From a virus: a stretch of DNA of 64,000 nucleotides. The stretch lies in the IMG/VR virus record IMGVR_UViG_3300022879_000002, positions 1-64,000 of that record. One strand, given 5' to 3'. The notes below the pieces were generated by a model. It did no database searches. It saw nothing but the letters and a program-made list of their open reading frames with translations, and was not told where the DNA came from. Within the stretch, counting starts at the first letter, position 1; each line of letters opens with the position of its first letter. Of this stretch, positions 37,754 to 47,888 are shown one piece after another. The position numbers and the translations under genes were made by a program.

Positions 37754-39090
37754 TTCACGCCTTTCTTATACATATCTGTAAATAACTTAATCAATGCTTT
37801 TCGGTCTTTAGCATTTAATTTCATTTTCCCACTAACTATCTTGCTCAACTTAGATTCAGTATTATGGAATTCGTTTATATCTATAATATCTTCAATTTTC
37901 TCAAACGGTATATTATCTTCATTCATTAACTTGATTAAATATAGATGTCCTTCAAACACATCAGCATCAAAAAGTAGACTGTTATCACTGACATTATAGT
38001 TTTTATAAATTCCGAATAGGTACACTAGATATTCATTTATTGCTTTTGCAAGCTTTCTTGCGTCTAATATACTGTCTAATTTAAATATATTATTTATTTG
38101 CGTATTAATTATTTTATAAGTAGTAAAATCACTACCTTTTATTGATGACTTAGCATCACTAGCTGATGTTATTCTATTCTTTAGTTGTCCTTCTACTTTT
38201 AAAATATTCACAACTTCATTCGAATATGATTTATTATCTAGTTCTTCAACACGACTTCTTGATAACGGAGTATGTTTGTCTAGATCAACTTGATATCTTT
38301 TAACTTCCGCATCTGACTTATTTGAAATTGTTATTGGGAAAGATCCTTTTATATTAGAGTCTTTATTATAAGCACTATAATTACCTAGTAGTCTATGCAT
38401 ACCGTCTACAATATCTAAAACAGTACCTTCATTAATTTTTAGTGTATTGTTTTTATCATCATAAATAAGTTCTACACCTTCTAAAGCAGTCATCTGATGT
38501 GCATTCAAAGTGATAGTAGTTGGTCTTAGTACACCTTTTAAAATTTCATTTCTTATCTGTGTAATTTTACTTTGATAAATAATAGGTTTTTCAATTTCTA
38601 CACCAAAGCGAACAACTTTCTTCATACCTCGTTGCACATTAGCATTGTAATCCAGTTTACCTGATTTATATAATCTAGCTAATTCTTTTCTTGTAAGGGT
38701 TGCATTGTAATAACCGTCACCTAAATCAGTTACATTATGAATTGTCATTGGGAAATCTATAATATCTGTTGATGAAGAACCTACGAATTGGTATCCTCCA
38801 ATTTCTTTCTGTTCACGTTCAGTGAACCACTCATTCATCCATTCACTCTGGTTCATTCCTAATTTAACTACTAATTGCTGCCCAAATAGCGCAATCTCTT
38901 CAAAATCTAATTTACTTACATTATTAACATTATTAAATAAGGAATAAATCTTAGCACTTTCAATACCATGTTTCATTTTTAGGTGTTCAACAATTAAATC
39001 TACTTCATCTTTGTCTACATTAGATGAGAATGCATTAATTAAACTTTTAACTTCAATCTCTAATTGTTCATTATCTTTACCTAATTTCAT
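37750..39090 (-). CDS. DGQHR/DndB-like protein (YopQ/SroE-like)
   Basis: LDYNANVQRG, PTTITLN, IVDGMHRL. Confidence 0.8.
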   Translation of the reverse strand: MKLGKDNEQLEIEVKSLINAFSSNVDKDEVDLIVEHLKMKHGIESAKIYSLFNNVNNVSKLDFEEIALFGQQLVVKLGMNQSEWMNEWFTEREQKEIGGYQFVGSSSTDIIDFPMTIHNVTDLGDGYYNATLTRKELARLYKSGKLDYNANVQRGMKKVVRFGVEIEKPIIYQSKITQIRNEILKGVLRPTTITLNAHQMTALEGVELIYDDKNNTLKINEGTVLDIVDGMHRLLGNYSAYNKDSNIKGSFPITISNKSDAEVKRYQVDLDKHTPLSRSRVEELDNKSYSNEVVNILKVEGQLKNRITSASDAKSSIKGSDFTTYKIINTQINNIFKLDSILDARKLAKAINEYLVYLFGIYKNYNVSDNSLLFDADVFEGHLYLIKLMNEDNIPFEKIEDIIDINEFHNTESKLSKIVSGKMKLNAKDRKALIKLFTDMYKKGVK

Positions 39091-39153
39091 TAATTTCCCT
39101 CCCTTAATTACAAGAGATATTTTATCATCTAGTAATTAATTTTTCATTAGATA

Positions 39154-40206
39154 TTACATATTTTTTTGCTTATTTTTTATTTTATTATTTAAAAGTAGAA
39201 GCATTTCTGGTCGCATTTCGTTTAAAGCTTCTAAAAGCAACTCATGTGATACTGTTTTATAAGCATCATCTTCTGTATTCATTTTAGCTGAAATTATACC
39301 TGTTACATTTAAGTTAGTTAACCTTAAATATCTCATTGTTGTATTAACATTACTATGTCTAGCCTTTTTCATTGCAGTATCAATACAGTTGTTATTATTC
39401 AAGTAACACATAGTCACAGCTAATTTTTTAAAAGAGTGGAAAGAATATCTTACTCCAGTCTTATTTATAATTTCATTTCCTCTATCCATCATACCAGTTA
39501 ATTGTTTATATGTTAGAGTGAATAATTTTTGATCATTTCCTAAATCTTTTAATTGTAAAAGTTCTTCATACAATTCTTTATTTATTTTATCTATCCACTC
39601 TTTATTACCTTTTCCTTTATTACTACCATGTGATTTCATTATTACTCCATCTTCAACTACAGTAAAGTTACTCCACTTCAGCTCTAACAACTCTGTAGCT
39701 CTTAATGCTGTCTCAATTGCTAATTTGATTATTAATTGTTTTTCTAACCCTTGATCCTCTCCTTTAAAATAAGAAGAATATTCCATCGCTAAATCAAATG
39801 GTATCATTTCAATCTCTTCTCTTGTATCAGGAAAGAATTTAAGTAGTGATAGCTTATTTACATCATAAGAAATTATATCCCATGCAGCTAAAAACTCAAT
39901 GAACTTTTTTATTACCGAGATGTGTTTATTTATTGTTGAATTTTTGTGCTTCGGTTCATCTTCGTTATTTATTTCTTCATGTAATGTATTGAAGTATTCT
40001 TTTAATACATGTACAGTCATACCTTCAATATCAGAAACAGTTATAAATTTAAAGTCACTCTTATTTAATATATCTTTAAATAATTTATTTAAGCTGCTTT
40101 TATAACTCTTATAACTGTGAATTGAATTTGATTTGTATTCATTTAAGAAAGCTTCAATATGATCATAGATATAATTATCCATCTTAATTGTATTCAAAGC
40201 TACCAC
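39154..40206 (-). CDS. Tyrosine recombinase-family protein (YopP/SroD-like)
   Basis: TALRATEL (R), KGKG (K), FHSFK (HxxK instead of HxxR), ARHSN (H), TTMRY (Y). Confidence 0.85.
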   Translation of the reverse strand: MVALNTIKMDNYIYDHIEAFLNEYKSNSIHSYKSYKSSLNKLFKDILNKSDFKFITVSDIEGMTVHVLKEYFNTLHEEINNEDEPKHKNSTINKHISVIKKFIEFLAAWDIISYDVNKLSLLKFFPDTREEIEMIPFDLAMEYSSYFKGEDQGLEKQLIIKLAIETALRATELLELKWSNFTVVEDGVIMKSHGSNKGKGNKEWIDKINKELYEELLQLKDLGNDQKLFTLTYKQLTGMMDRGNEIINKTGVRYSFHSFKKLAVTMCYLNNNNCIDTAMKKARHSNVNTTMRYLRLTNLNVTGIISAKMNTEDDAYKTVSHELLLEALNEMRPEMLLLLNNKIKNKQKNM

Positions 40207-40238
40207 TACGACATCCCCCTTGTACTCTTATTATTACC

Positions 40239-40281
40239 AGTATAAAGGAAAACAAACAACAAGTAAAGTAATTATGTATTT
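40239..40281 (-). promoter_or_regulatory. Promoter TTTACT-17-TATACT with upstream box
   Basis: -10 at 40239-44, -35 at 40262-67, box at 40272. Confidence 0.6.
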
Positions 40282-40464
40282 ATTTTATTAATTACTTTTA
40301 TAAAATGTTCCTTTTATCTAACCTTTTAACATTAACTCAATCTCAATCAATTCCAATTGAACCTTTTTATTCTCGAGAAGAATGTATCAAACTTTGTCTC
40401 TAAAGCTTAAGTGTTTTCTTCTCTTCTTTAATAATATTTTGTATTTGTTATATTAAACATAGAA

Positions 40465-40653
40465 TTAACTTTTGTAGTCCAAGAAGTTTAGTAAATCTTG
40501 TTGTGTGCGATTTGTAGGTATAACAACCGATATTGATTCTTTGATCAGGAAATTGATTGCTTCTAATTTTTCCTTATCTATGCCTATTAAGTGTACATTA
40601 CCATCAATCTCGATTAACAAACTCAATTGAGCGTCTTGAATGTCTATTCTCAT
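40465..40653 (-). CDS. Hypothetical protein
   Basis: ORF track. Confidence 0.65.
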   Translation of the reverse strand: MRIDIQDAQLSLLIEIDGNVHLIGIDKEKLEAINFLIKESISVVIPTNRTQQDLLNFLDYKS

Positions 40654-40690
40654 TATTCCACCTTCTTGTTAATGGTTAATTATTATGTTA

Positions 40691-40849
40691 CTAAAAATGA
40701 ATATTAATAAATCCAATTTTTATCATTCTACATACGTCCATATTTCTATATTTAAACAGCTTATATTTGTCCGATGAGATAAATGCTCCAAAGGTAATCC
40801 TAATTTCTTTATTATTCTTTGTCCATATGCTAATTTGTATGCTATTCAT
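40691..40849 (-). CDS. 52-aa hypothetical protein
   Basis: Manual; RBS GAGGGG. Confidence 0.5.
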   Translation of the reverse strand: MNSIQISIWTKNNKEIRITFGAFISSDKYKLFKYRNMDVCRMIKIGFINIHF

Positions 40850-40882
40850 CCCCTCTCTATAATACTTACCTTTTATTTGATA

Positions 40883-41107
40883 TTAGATCTTATTCATTCT
40901 AAACCAGTCGTGTGAATACCATTCTAATTTCCCCAAATCATTCTCTACTAACACTTCTCCGTAAGCTTGTTCTTTGACAATATATTTCTTATTTCGAGTT
41001 AAATTATGATTATTGTCATAACCGAAAACTTCATCTCCTGCTAAAACTTTCATAACATATACTCCATTTTCCTTTTTACATAAACTTGTCATACTACATC
41101 CTCCCAA
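40883..41107 (-). CDS. Small SH3-like protein (DUF6501-like)
   Basis: NLTRNKKYIV...VENDLG...WYSHDWF. Confidence 0.6.
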   Translation of the reverse strand: MGGCSMTSLCKKENGVYVMKVLAGDEVFGYDNNHNLTRNKKYIVKEQAYGEVLVENDLGKLEWYSHDWFRMNKI

Positions 41108-41145
41108 CGAGTTTTCATTATGTATTTAATAATATTTAGTTTTTA

Positions 41146-41418
41146 TTAAACCTTAACATTACCTTTAAACCATTGAGACTCTTTAAATTCAACTTTGATT
41201 TCTTCAATAATTTCACTATGATTACAGGCAACTTCTTTCATTGTTAATCCATCAAAGTATGAAAGAAATTTAACCTTATCTTGATACGCTTTACAATTGT
41301 TTAGATTACCATTACATTTGCATTTGTCTTTATTAATAAAACCTTCTCCTTTTTCTTTCCCATAACAAAATTTTGAATTCACAACAAACTCAGCAAGCTT
41401 TTCAGTAATTCTAGTCAT
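41146..41418 (-). CDS. Hypothetical Cys-rich protein
   Basis: ORF track. Confidence 0.65.
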   Translation of the reverse strand: MTRITEKLAEFVVNSKFCYGKEKGEGFINKDKCKCNGNLNNCKAYQDKVKFLSYFDGLTMKEVACNHSEIIEEIKVEFKESQWFKGNVKV

Positions 41419-41437
41419 GTCAAATCCACTCCAATAT

Positions 41438-41680
41438 TTATGTATTTGTGCAATAATTTAATGCTTCACTTTCAAACTCAAAATTTTGTTCTTTATCGCA
41501 CTTTGGGCATCTGATTCTATATTTTTTTATAAAATCTATATCTATTCCAGTATAGAATTCCTTATAAAACCTTCCTAAATAAGTCCATTTATGTATGCAT
41601 TCAGCTTGTCTTAATTCCTTTTCACGTTGAATTTCTCTTAATTCTCGTCTGTGTGAAAATTCACTTATCCATTTGAACAC
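41438..41680 (-). CDS. Small Zn-binding protein
   Basis: CIHKW...CPKC. Confidence 0.65.
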   Translation of the reverse strand: MFKWISEFSHRRELREIQREKELRQAECIHKWTYLGRFYKEFYTGIDIDFIKKYRIRCPKCDKEQNFEFESEALNYCTNT

Positions 41681-41851
41681 CGAACCATCTCCAGTTGTTT
41701 CAATTGATCCTTTAATCCAATATAATCATTTATTGCAAATAGTAAATTATCTAATTCTCTTTTAGAGTGTCGATTTGACAACTTACCATTTAAACGCACA
41801 CTCAGCTCATGCACTACCGTATACCTCTTTTCGTTAATAGATTCCTATTAT

Positions 41852-42097
41852 TTAATCCTTTATACGTCTAATACGCCCCATTACATGTCCTTTGGAGGTC
41901 TTTATATAGCAATTCTCCCAACTATACTTACCTTCTCTATTTTTATATCTAATTGAATCCATCCCATATGACTGAGAAACAAACTCTATATACTTTCTTG
42001 GCTTAACGTCTAACACTAAATCTTTTCTTGAATTTAATTTCAATACTTTATAAATCGAACTGTTCTCAAATTCATCTACAACTTCTACATTGAACAA
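41852..42097 (-). CDS. Hypothetical protein
   Basis: ORF track. Confidence 0.6.
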   Translation of the reverse strand: MFNVEVVDEFENSSIYKVLKLNSRKDLVLDVKPRKYIEFVSQSYGMDSIRYKNREGKYSWENCYIKTSKGHVMGRIRRIKD

Positions 42098-42127
42098 AGT
42101 AATCTTCCTTTCATTAATATATCTCTT

Positions 42128-42406
42128 TTATTTAAAAGTTACTTTTTCTCCTCGATTAATCATTTTAGTTAATAATAGTTCATCAATTAGTATCAAAACT
42201 CGTTTTAATTCCTCAGCATTAAACATACGTACATTTATTGATTTAACGGAAACATTTCCATCATAATCTTCCTCTTTCGTCAAAGGATTAAAATACAACA
42301 TTGGATTTGCTATACGCTTATAACCTACTGACCAGAGAGAGTTGTTATGTATCGTAATGCTTAGATCTAAATTTGCTATTTTATTACAGAATTCTAGATA
42401 TGTCAT
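42128..42406 (-). CDS. Hypothetical protein
   Basis: ORF track. Confidence 0.65.
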   Translation of the reverse strand: MTYLEFCNKIANLDLSITIHNNSLWSVGYKRIANPMLYFNPLTKEEDYDGNVSVKSINVRMFNAEELKRVLILIDELLLTKMINRGEKVTFK

Positions 42407-42463
42407 TTATAATTCTCCTTTATAATTTCTCCTCAGTTAAATTTCTAATAACTTCATATGTAA

Positions 42464-42658
42464 TTATTTAATCAATTCAAAGGCATCATACTCTCCAGAA
42501 TAAACTCTATATGGTCGATTTAACTTGTTACTAAACAGTTCAACATATCCGCCCTCTCCATTATCTTCAGAAGAAACTAGATGTACAATTTCTCCATTTT
42601 CAAATGCCTTACCCCCAAAATAAATTTCATTTACATCTACAATTTTTGCTTTAATCAT
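42464..42658 (-). CDS. Hypothetical protein
   Basis: ORF track. Confidence 0.65.
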   Translation of the reverse strand: MIKAKIVDVNEIYFGGKAFENGEIVHLVSSEDNGEGGYVELFSNKLNRPYRVYSGEYDAFELIK

Positions 42659-42679
42659 ATAAAACTTCTCCCTTCTATC

Positions 42680-43021
42680 TTATAGTTTTTCTTCAGTTAA
42701 ATTGTCAATAACTTCGTATGTATTTTTTAACATACATAGTCTACTCACATAGTACATTCCATTTCGCCAGTCCACATAATACTCTCCATTTGCATACTGG
42801 ATAACCCCTGTACCTAACCTATGTTTGATGATATCGTTTATAAATACTTGCTTTCCATTTTTATCAATTTCACCAATAAAAGATTCAGGTTTTCCAACCA
42901 TGATCACTCCATCACCATCTCCATCGCCTATATACCACCAAATCGAAGAATCTTTTCCATCTTGTATAAATGCTGTTCCATAAATCCAATCTCCACCATC
43001 ATAAGCTCTATGTATTTGCAT
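42680..43021 (-). CDS. YopX-family protein
   Basis: W.YG...FIGEIDKNGKQVFINDII...EVIDN. Confidence 0.75.
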   Translation of the reverse strand: MQIHRAYDGGDWIYGTAFIQDGKDSSIWWYIGDGDGDGVIMVGKPESFIGEIDKNGKQVFINDIIKHRLGTGVIQYANGEYYVDWRNGMYYVSRLCMLKNTYEVIDNLTEEKL

Positions 43022-43053
43022 TAAATATCCTCCTTATTATTTTCAATTGCCCT

Positions 43054-43461
43054 TTATACTTTTCTAAAATTATTAATAGAGAAGTAACCTATAAGATTAT
43101 CATTTTCTTTATCCGTGTTTGCATATAACTGAAACTCTCTATTCGTGTTGTCAACATTAAACGCATATCCAACAAACTCACCATCAGAAACAATTTGACC
43201 TTCTTTAATATCATTTTTAAGTCGATAATGGTTAGTTAAAATACTGACAATTACAAGTTCTCTACTTGGAGAATATTGCTTATATATTTGACGCATTTCT
43301 TCAATACCTAAATCTTTATGATGTTTGCTAATTTTATCATTAGAAACTAACCACTCTATAATTGTCGATACGCTGAATTGTTTCTTTCTTAACTCTCTAG
43401 ACCATTCAATAATTTTAACCTGTTCTTCTAACAAAACTGGTAATACATTTAAATCTTCCAT
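43054..43461 (-). CDS. Hypothetical protein
   Basis: ORF track. Confidence 0.7.
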   Translation of the reverse strand: MEDLNVLPVLLEEQVKIIEWSRELRKKQFSVSTIIEWLVSNDKISKHHKDLGIEEMRQIYKQYSPSRELVIVSILTNHYRLKNDIKEGQIVSDGEFVGYAFNVDNTNREFQLYANTDKENDNLIGYFSINNFRKV

Positions 43462-43513
43462 CTTTACTTCCTCCTAATTTCTCAATAATACATCTGTTTT
43501 ATGTAATTATTTA

Positions 43514-43828
43514 TTAAAATTTAATACCGTAATCTCCTATTTCTCCTTGCGGAACATTTAATAACGTAGTGACTCTTCTTGTAAAATCTCTATTGAAGTT
43601 ATCGTATTCGTACCACTTTAATTTATTGATAAAAGAAAAAGAAATATTTAAATTAAACTCATTTATCATTTCTTTTAATAATTCGTTATATCCATACGAT
43701 TCTTCCAATACAGCATAAAACGTCCAATATGTTATTTGGTGTTTAGGATTGTACAATGAAATTAACATATTCTGAAATTCTTTGGCGAAAGAGTACTCAA
43801 TGACGCTCACTTCTTTTGTGAAATCCAT
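43514..43828 (-). CDS. Hypothetical protein
   Basis: ORF track. Confidence 0.7.
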   Translation of the reverse strand: MDFTKEVSVIEYSFAKEFQNMLISLYNPKHQITYWTFYAVLEESYGYNELLKEMINEFNLNISFSFINKLKWYEYDNFNRDFTRRVTTLLNVPQGEIGDYGIKF

Positions 43829-43877
43829 TACAAATACATCTCCTTTTCTTTTATAATAGACGGCTTTTATATAATTT

Positions 43878-44129
43878 CTATATCTTATCTAAGTAATACT
43901 GAAACAAGACACTACCATACATACCCATACCAAGCTTTCTACCGTATTCAAATATTTCTTCATCGTTAGGATTATTATATTTAAATTTATATACCTTTTT
44001 ACACTCATCCATATTTGAAAGTAATAATTTATCAAGTCTTTCAAAAAGATCACAAATTAGTTTATATCCTTTATCTGGATGCATTTTGAAAGCGTGTAGA
44101 GTTACACCTACATAATTACTATGCAACAT
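43878..44129 (-). CDS. Hypothetical protein
   Basis: ORF track. Confidence 0.65.
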   Translation of the reverse strand: MLHSNYVGVTLHAFKMHPDKGYKLICDLFERLDKLLLSNMDECKKVYKFKYNNPNDEEIFEYGRKLGMGMYGSVLFQYYLDKI

Positions 44130-44149
44130 TTCATCTTGTCTCCTATGTA

Positions 44150-44671
44150 TTAAATTTGAATTCCTAAAACATCATTTAATCCATCAAAATTCTTATCATC
44201 TAAATATTTGTTAATTAAATTCTCTTTATTGTAGTTCATCATTTCTGTAATCAATTTATTTGTTTCAGGTTTGAATTTATCTGGAATACCATACTCCCAC
44301 TTTCTTGACTCTTGTGTTTCTAAATCAAACTTCTCTGTATTTACCTCAATAATTATCAGATCTAAATTGTAGCCTTGTCTTTTCATTTCATTATGTATTA
44401 TCGGATTAATAAACTCATATGTATTAGAAATTTCAAAGAACTGTCTCAACGACAATCTTACAAACTTATTACCACTTTGAAAAACAAAAGTATCAGAAGG
44501 ATTTTCTAGTTGCTGCGTGTTGAGATTTATTATTATTTCTTTATCTTCTGTAGGGATGAAATGATAAATTAAACTATCTCTCAAGATTGATAAATATTGA
44601 TGTGCAAATACAATTCTTAATTTATCTCCAGTTACCTTTGTATAAAATGGTTTCATATATTGAACTTGCAT
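44150..44671 (-). CDS. IDEAL-domain-like protein (host-like Bacillus family)
   Basis: MKPFYTKVTGDKLRIVFAHQY; C-terminal LINKYLDDKNF; start moved to 44671. Confidence 0.65.
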   Translation of the reverse strand: MQVQYMKPFYTKVTGDKLRIVFAHQYLSILRDSLIYHFIPTEDKEIIINLNTQQLENPSDTFVFQSGNKFVRLSLRQFFEISNTYEFINPIIHNEMKRQGYNLDLIIIEVNTEKFDLETQESRKWEYGIPDKFKPETNKLITEMMNYNKENLINKYLDDKNFDGLNDVLGIQI

Positions 44672-44706
44672 AATCTCATCTCCCTTTGTTTTATAAAATG
44701 CGACTA

Positions 44707-45324
44707 TCATTTAATATCTGTAAAACTGTAGTTCTCAGGTAAATGAATTTGAAAATTATATTTACCTTGTTGATAATGAGGTAGATCTTTTGTTAATTCT
44801 TGATATGTAATATAAGGCGTATCACCTTTGACCAAATCAAAGTTTGGAGTTGTTTTTACTGTCTCTGTGATTCCATTACCATTTAATTTATATGATATAG
44901 TCATAGTTGTTAGTAAGTTGCTGTTTATTGATCCTGTACCAAAGATAAAGTTTCCTGATACTTCTGCTTCCGAATCAATCTTAATGTAAAATATTTCAGC
45001 TTTAGTCATTGGTAAAGTACTAATATAAGGATCACCATATTTAGATTTATATTCTGCAATTTCGTTATTGTTCTTTTCACTTGCTATAGAATACTTTGAA
45101 GCTGCATTGATTACTGGTAAAATTATAACCATTATACTAATTAAAAAACCAAGTCCAACTGCACCAAAGGAATCAAGTTTTTCTTCTATCCATAGACAAA
45201 TTATACTCAAAACAATAAACAATCCGATATATAATATATACTGCCACCAAGTAAAACTTGCCCAAAAATGACCTTCATGTAATCCTAAACCATTTCCTAT
45301 CTTAACAATTTCTTCGTAGTTCAT
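44707..45324 (-). CDS. Membrane protein (2 TM plus soluble domain)
   Basis: Hydrophobic segments. Confidence 0.75.
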   Translation of the reverse strand: MNYEEIVKIGNGLGLHEGHFWASFTWWQYILYIGLFIVLSIICLWIEEKLDSFGAVGLGFLISIMVIILPVINAASKYSIASEKNNNEIAEYKSKYGDPYISTLPMTKAEIFYIKIDSEAEVSGNFIFGTGSINSNLLTTMTISYKLNGNGITETVKTTPNFDLVKGDTPYITYQELTKDLPHYQQGKYNFQIHLPENYSFTDIK

Positions 45325-45373
45325 TAAAATCCTCCTTTACATTTTATGTATTTTGTTTCATAAAATGAAATTA

Positions 45374-45580
45374 TTATTTAAATTTCACTAACTCAATAAT
45401 CCTAGCAAACGCTACAGTATACCCATGTTCAAGAATATATTCTTTTCTACGATCGTCATAATAAAATTTCTTCTTAATTAACCAGTCTACTGCATCCTGT
45501 TTGTTGTCAAAAAGATAATGTTTTCTAGAATTGAACAAGTCCCTATCAGACCAGTCTTCTTTCAAGGCAATGTAATACAT
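45374..45580 (-). CDS. Hypothetical protein
   Basis: ORF track. Confidence 0.65.
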   Translation of the reverse strand: MYYIALKEDWSDRDLFNSRKHYLFDNKQDAVDWLIKKKFYYDDRRKEYILEHGYTVAFARIIELVKFK

Positions 45581-45609
45581 CGGTGTTCCTCCATAATAGT
45601 AATTTATGA

Positions 45610-45954
45610 TTATATCAGTGTTAAAATCATATCTTTAGCTTTATCATCTAATATAAATTGTAAGTTCAATCCTTCATGTGGACTATGAGTTATTCCATAT
45701 TTACCATTATTCGTTTTATATAAATCAATATCTTGCATTCCAAATGAAAAGTACTCAATATTCGTCTTATCTTCAAATACATTTTTAATTTTTTCTTCAA
45801 ACTTCGAACCACTTATTTCAATTTCATGGTAGTCAGCAAAAATACTATCTTTATTTGGAACTCTCAACTTGATTAAATATTGATCACTAAACTTATTAAT
45901 ACTTTTATAGATATTGTGTATCTCAACATTTTCGTAATTTTTCCATGTACTCAT
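45610..45954 (-). CDS. Hypothetical protein
   Basis: ORF track. Confidence 0.7.
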   Translation of the reverse strand: MSTWKNYENVEIHNIYKSINKFSDQYLIKLRVPNKDSIFADYHEIEISGSKFEEKIKNVFEDKTNIEYFSFGMQDIDLYKTNNGKYGITHSPHEGLNLQFILDDKAKDMILTLI

Positions 45955-45994
45955 TATTAAATTCCCTCTTTCCTTATTTCATAAAAGCGTTCTT

Positions 45995-46180
45995 TTATTT
46001 AACAATGATTTCAATATCTTTACCATCTAAAAATTTAATTGTCTTAATTTCAGAAATATCTTCAACTCTATTTTTTAATTCTCCATTCCATCCTTCGTGC
46101 AACATATTGTTACCTCTCCATACAAATACATAATAGTCTTTTTCTATACGTTTTAAAAATGATATTAATCTCATAATCAT
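45995..46180 (-). CDS. Hypothetical protein
   Basis: ORF track. Confidence 0.55.
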   Translation of the reverse strand: MIMRLISFLKRIEKDYYVFVWRGNNMLHEGWNGELKNRVEDISEIKTIKFLDGKDIEIIVK

Positions 46181-46572
46181 TCATCATCCTTTAATTCATG
46201 TACTGGAAATCCACGTTTAATAAACTCTTTATTTTCTTCTAATTTACTTGAATAACATAAATCTCGATAAATTTTAAGCATGTCTTTTCGTGTTAAGCTC
46301 GTCTTGAAATACTTATTGAATCGGTCAAGTAACCTATTCGCATGGTTTAACTCTAATCCTTTACCGATTGGTCTACACATCGACATTAAAACTTTAGCTT
46401 TTACATCATCCATGCTTTCACAGTTAATAATGCTTGTATATGTATTTGTTAAATTATCAATAATGATTTCTCCTGCAAAATTTATAAAGTCACATCTGAA
46501 TTCTTGTATAAATTTAAATACTTCATTCATGTTTAAGTTATCTGAGATTTTATATTCTAATCTATGTTCCAT
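46177..46572 (-). CDS. Conserved hypothetical phage protein
   Basis: NCESMDDVKAKVL...IYRDL. Confidence 0.75.
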   Translation of the reverse strand: MEHRLEYKISDNLNMNEVFKFIQEFRCDFINFAGEIIIDNLTNTYTSIINCESMDDVKAKVLMSMCRPIGKGLELNHANRLLDRFNKYFKTSLTRKDMLKIYRDLCYSSKLEENKEFIKRGFPVHELKDDE

Positions 46573-46602
46573 GCCTATTTTCTCCTTTAATATCGCTATT
46601 AT

Positions 46603-46914
46603 TTAACAAATACCATTCCATTCTTCGAATTTCTTTTTGCTGTCAGTATCATTTTTATTTAACATATATGCGTATGACTCTTCATATGCTAAAACAGTAT
46701 TTTTAGAAGCTAATATGTAATCATAGAATTCTGGACTATTAGATTTAAATGTTTTTGAATACAGAGTTATTGTTTTATTTGAGAATAATCTTCTTTCAAC
46801 CTTATAAATATAGACATCTATAATTGAGTAACTATTGTCTATACCATCTATCAATTTCTCTATTTTAACTAAATACTTATTTCCTTTACCGCTAATCACA
46901 GGGAACTTTTTCAT
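46603..46914 (-). CDS. Hypothetical protein
   Basis: ORF track. Confidence 0.7.
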   Translation of the reverse strand: MKKFPVISGKGNKYLVKIEKLIDGIDNSYSIIDVYIYKVERRLFSNKTITLYSKTFKSNSPEFYDYILASKNTVLAYEESYAYMLNKNDTDSKKKFEEWNGIC

Positions 46915-46961
46915 ACTTTGTCAACCACCTACCCTTCAATCAAATCGTTATATTATATTAT

Positions 46962-47288
46962 TTAATATAATTTTCTCACTAACCTCATGAATTTCATAAA
47001 ATCGGACTCCCCTTGAGAACCCCATTTAAAATCATGTAGTAATTGATTATTAGTTTTGTCTAAATAGTTTTCTAGTTCTAATTTGTCATGAATCTTATTA
47101 TTCTTTTCGATTATTTTGTATTCGTCATCATATAAAACTAACTCTGTTTCTGTCATCAACACATTGTCATCGCAAGCACCCATATCAGACTGACGCATAT
47201 CTACGGTGTGAATATCACCTATTTGCGCTCTGCCTACAACTTCTTTTATGATTTCAATTACATCTCCTGAGTATGCTTTCTCATTCAT
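46962..47288 (-). CDS. Hypothetical protein
   Basis: RBS GGAGG. Confidence 0.7.
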   Translation of the reverse strand: MNEKAYSGDVIEIIKEVVGRAQIGDIHTVDMRQSDMGACDDNVLMTETELVLYDDEYKIIEKNNKIHDKLELENYLDKTNNQLLHDFKWGSQGESDFMKFMRLVRKLY

Positions 47289-47322
47289 TTATATGACCTC
47301 CTATTTTGATAAAATCAACTTT

Positions 47323-47682
47323 TTATTCAATTTCTTTATAATAGAACACCCAATAAGGATATCCATTTGAGACATTACAACCTTCTACAATTGCTGTTAA
47401 TTTGATTTTCATATCCATGTACAACGATAAGAACTTCTCAATATCTTCTGGTTTACGATTATCAAAATATTGACCTTTGTTATTCCAAACTTTCAAACAG
47501 CATTTGTTATACTTTTCACTATCCCATGAATATAGTCGATCAGAATAAACTGTTTCAGATTCTCCTTTTTTATAATCGCCTATCCAAAATACAAATTCAT
47601 CGTAGCTGTATGGGTAATCGAACTTAGAACGATTTACAAGATTACCATTTAAATCTCTAAAGGAATGAAAGTATGTAACCAT
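47323..47682 (-). CDS. Conserved hypothetical phage protein
   Basis: YPYSYD...VYSDRLYSWD...CNVSNGYPYW. Confidence 0.8.
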   Translation of the reverse strand: MVTYFHSFRDLNGNLVNRSKFDYPYSYDEFVFWIGDYKKGESETVYSDRLYSWDSEKYNKCCLKVWNNKGQYFDNRKPEDIEKFLSLYMDMKIKLTAIVEGCNVSNGYPYWVFYYKEIE

Positions 47683-47717
47683 CTGTTATGCCTCCTTTCA
47701 TAAAATCGAATTATTAT

Positions 47718-47852
47718 TTAAATAACTACTTCTTTAATATGATTTTCGTAAATCTCCTTAAAGTCTTCCTCTGTAGGTAATTGACTTAATGCTTCCATTA
47801 TTTCTTTTTTAAAATCTTCTAAATCAGACTTTTTCAATGCCTCGTCTTTCAT
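47718..47852 (-). CDS. 44-aa hypothetical protein
   Basis: Manual; RBS GGAG. Confidence 0.55.
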   Translation of the reverse strand: MKDEALKKSDLEDFKKEIMEALSQLPTEEDFKEIYENHIKEVVI

Positions 47853-47888
47853 ACTCCACCATTCCTTTTCAGTAAATACGAATATTAT

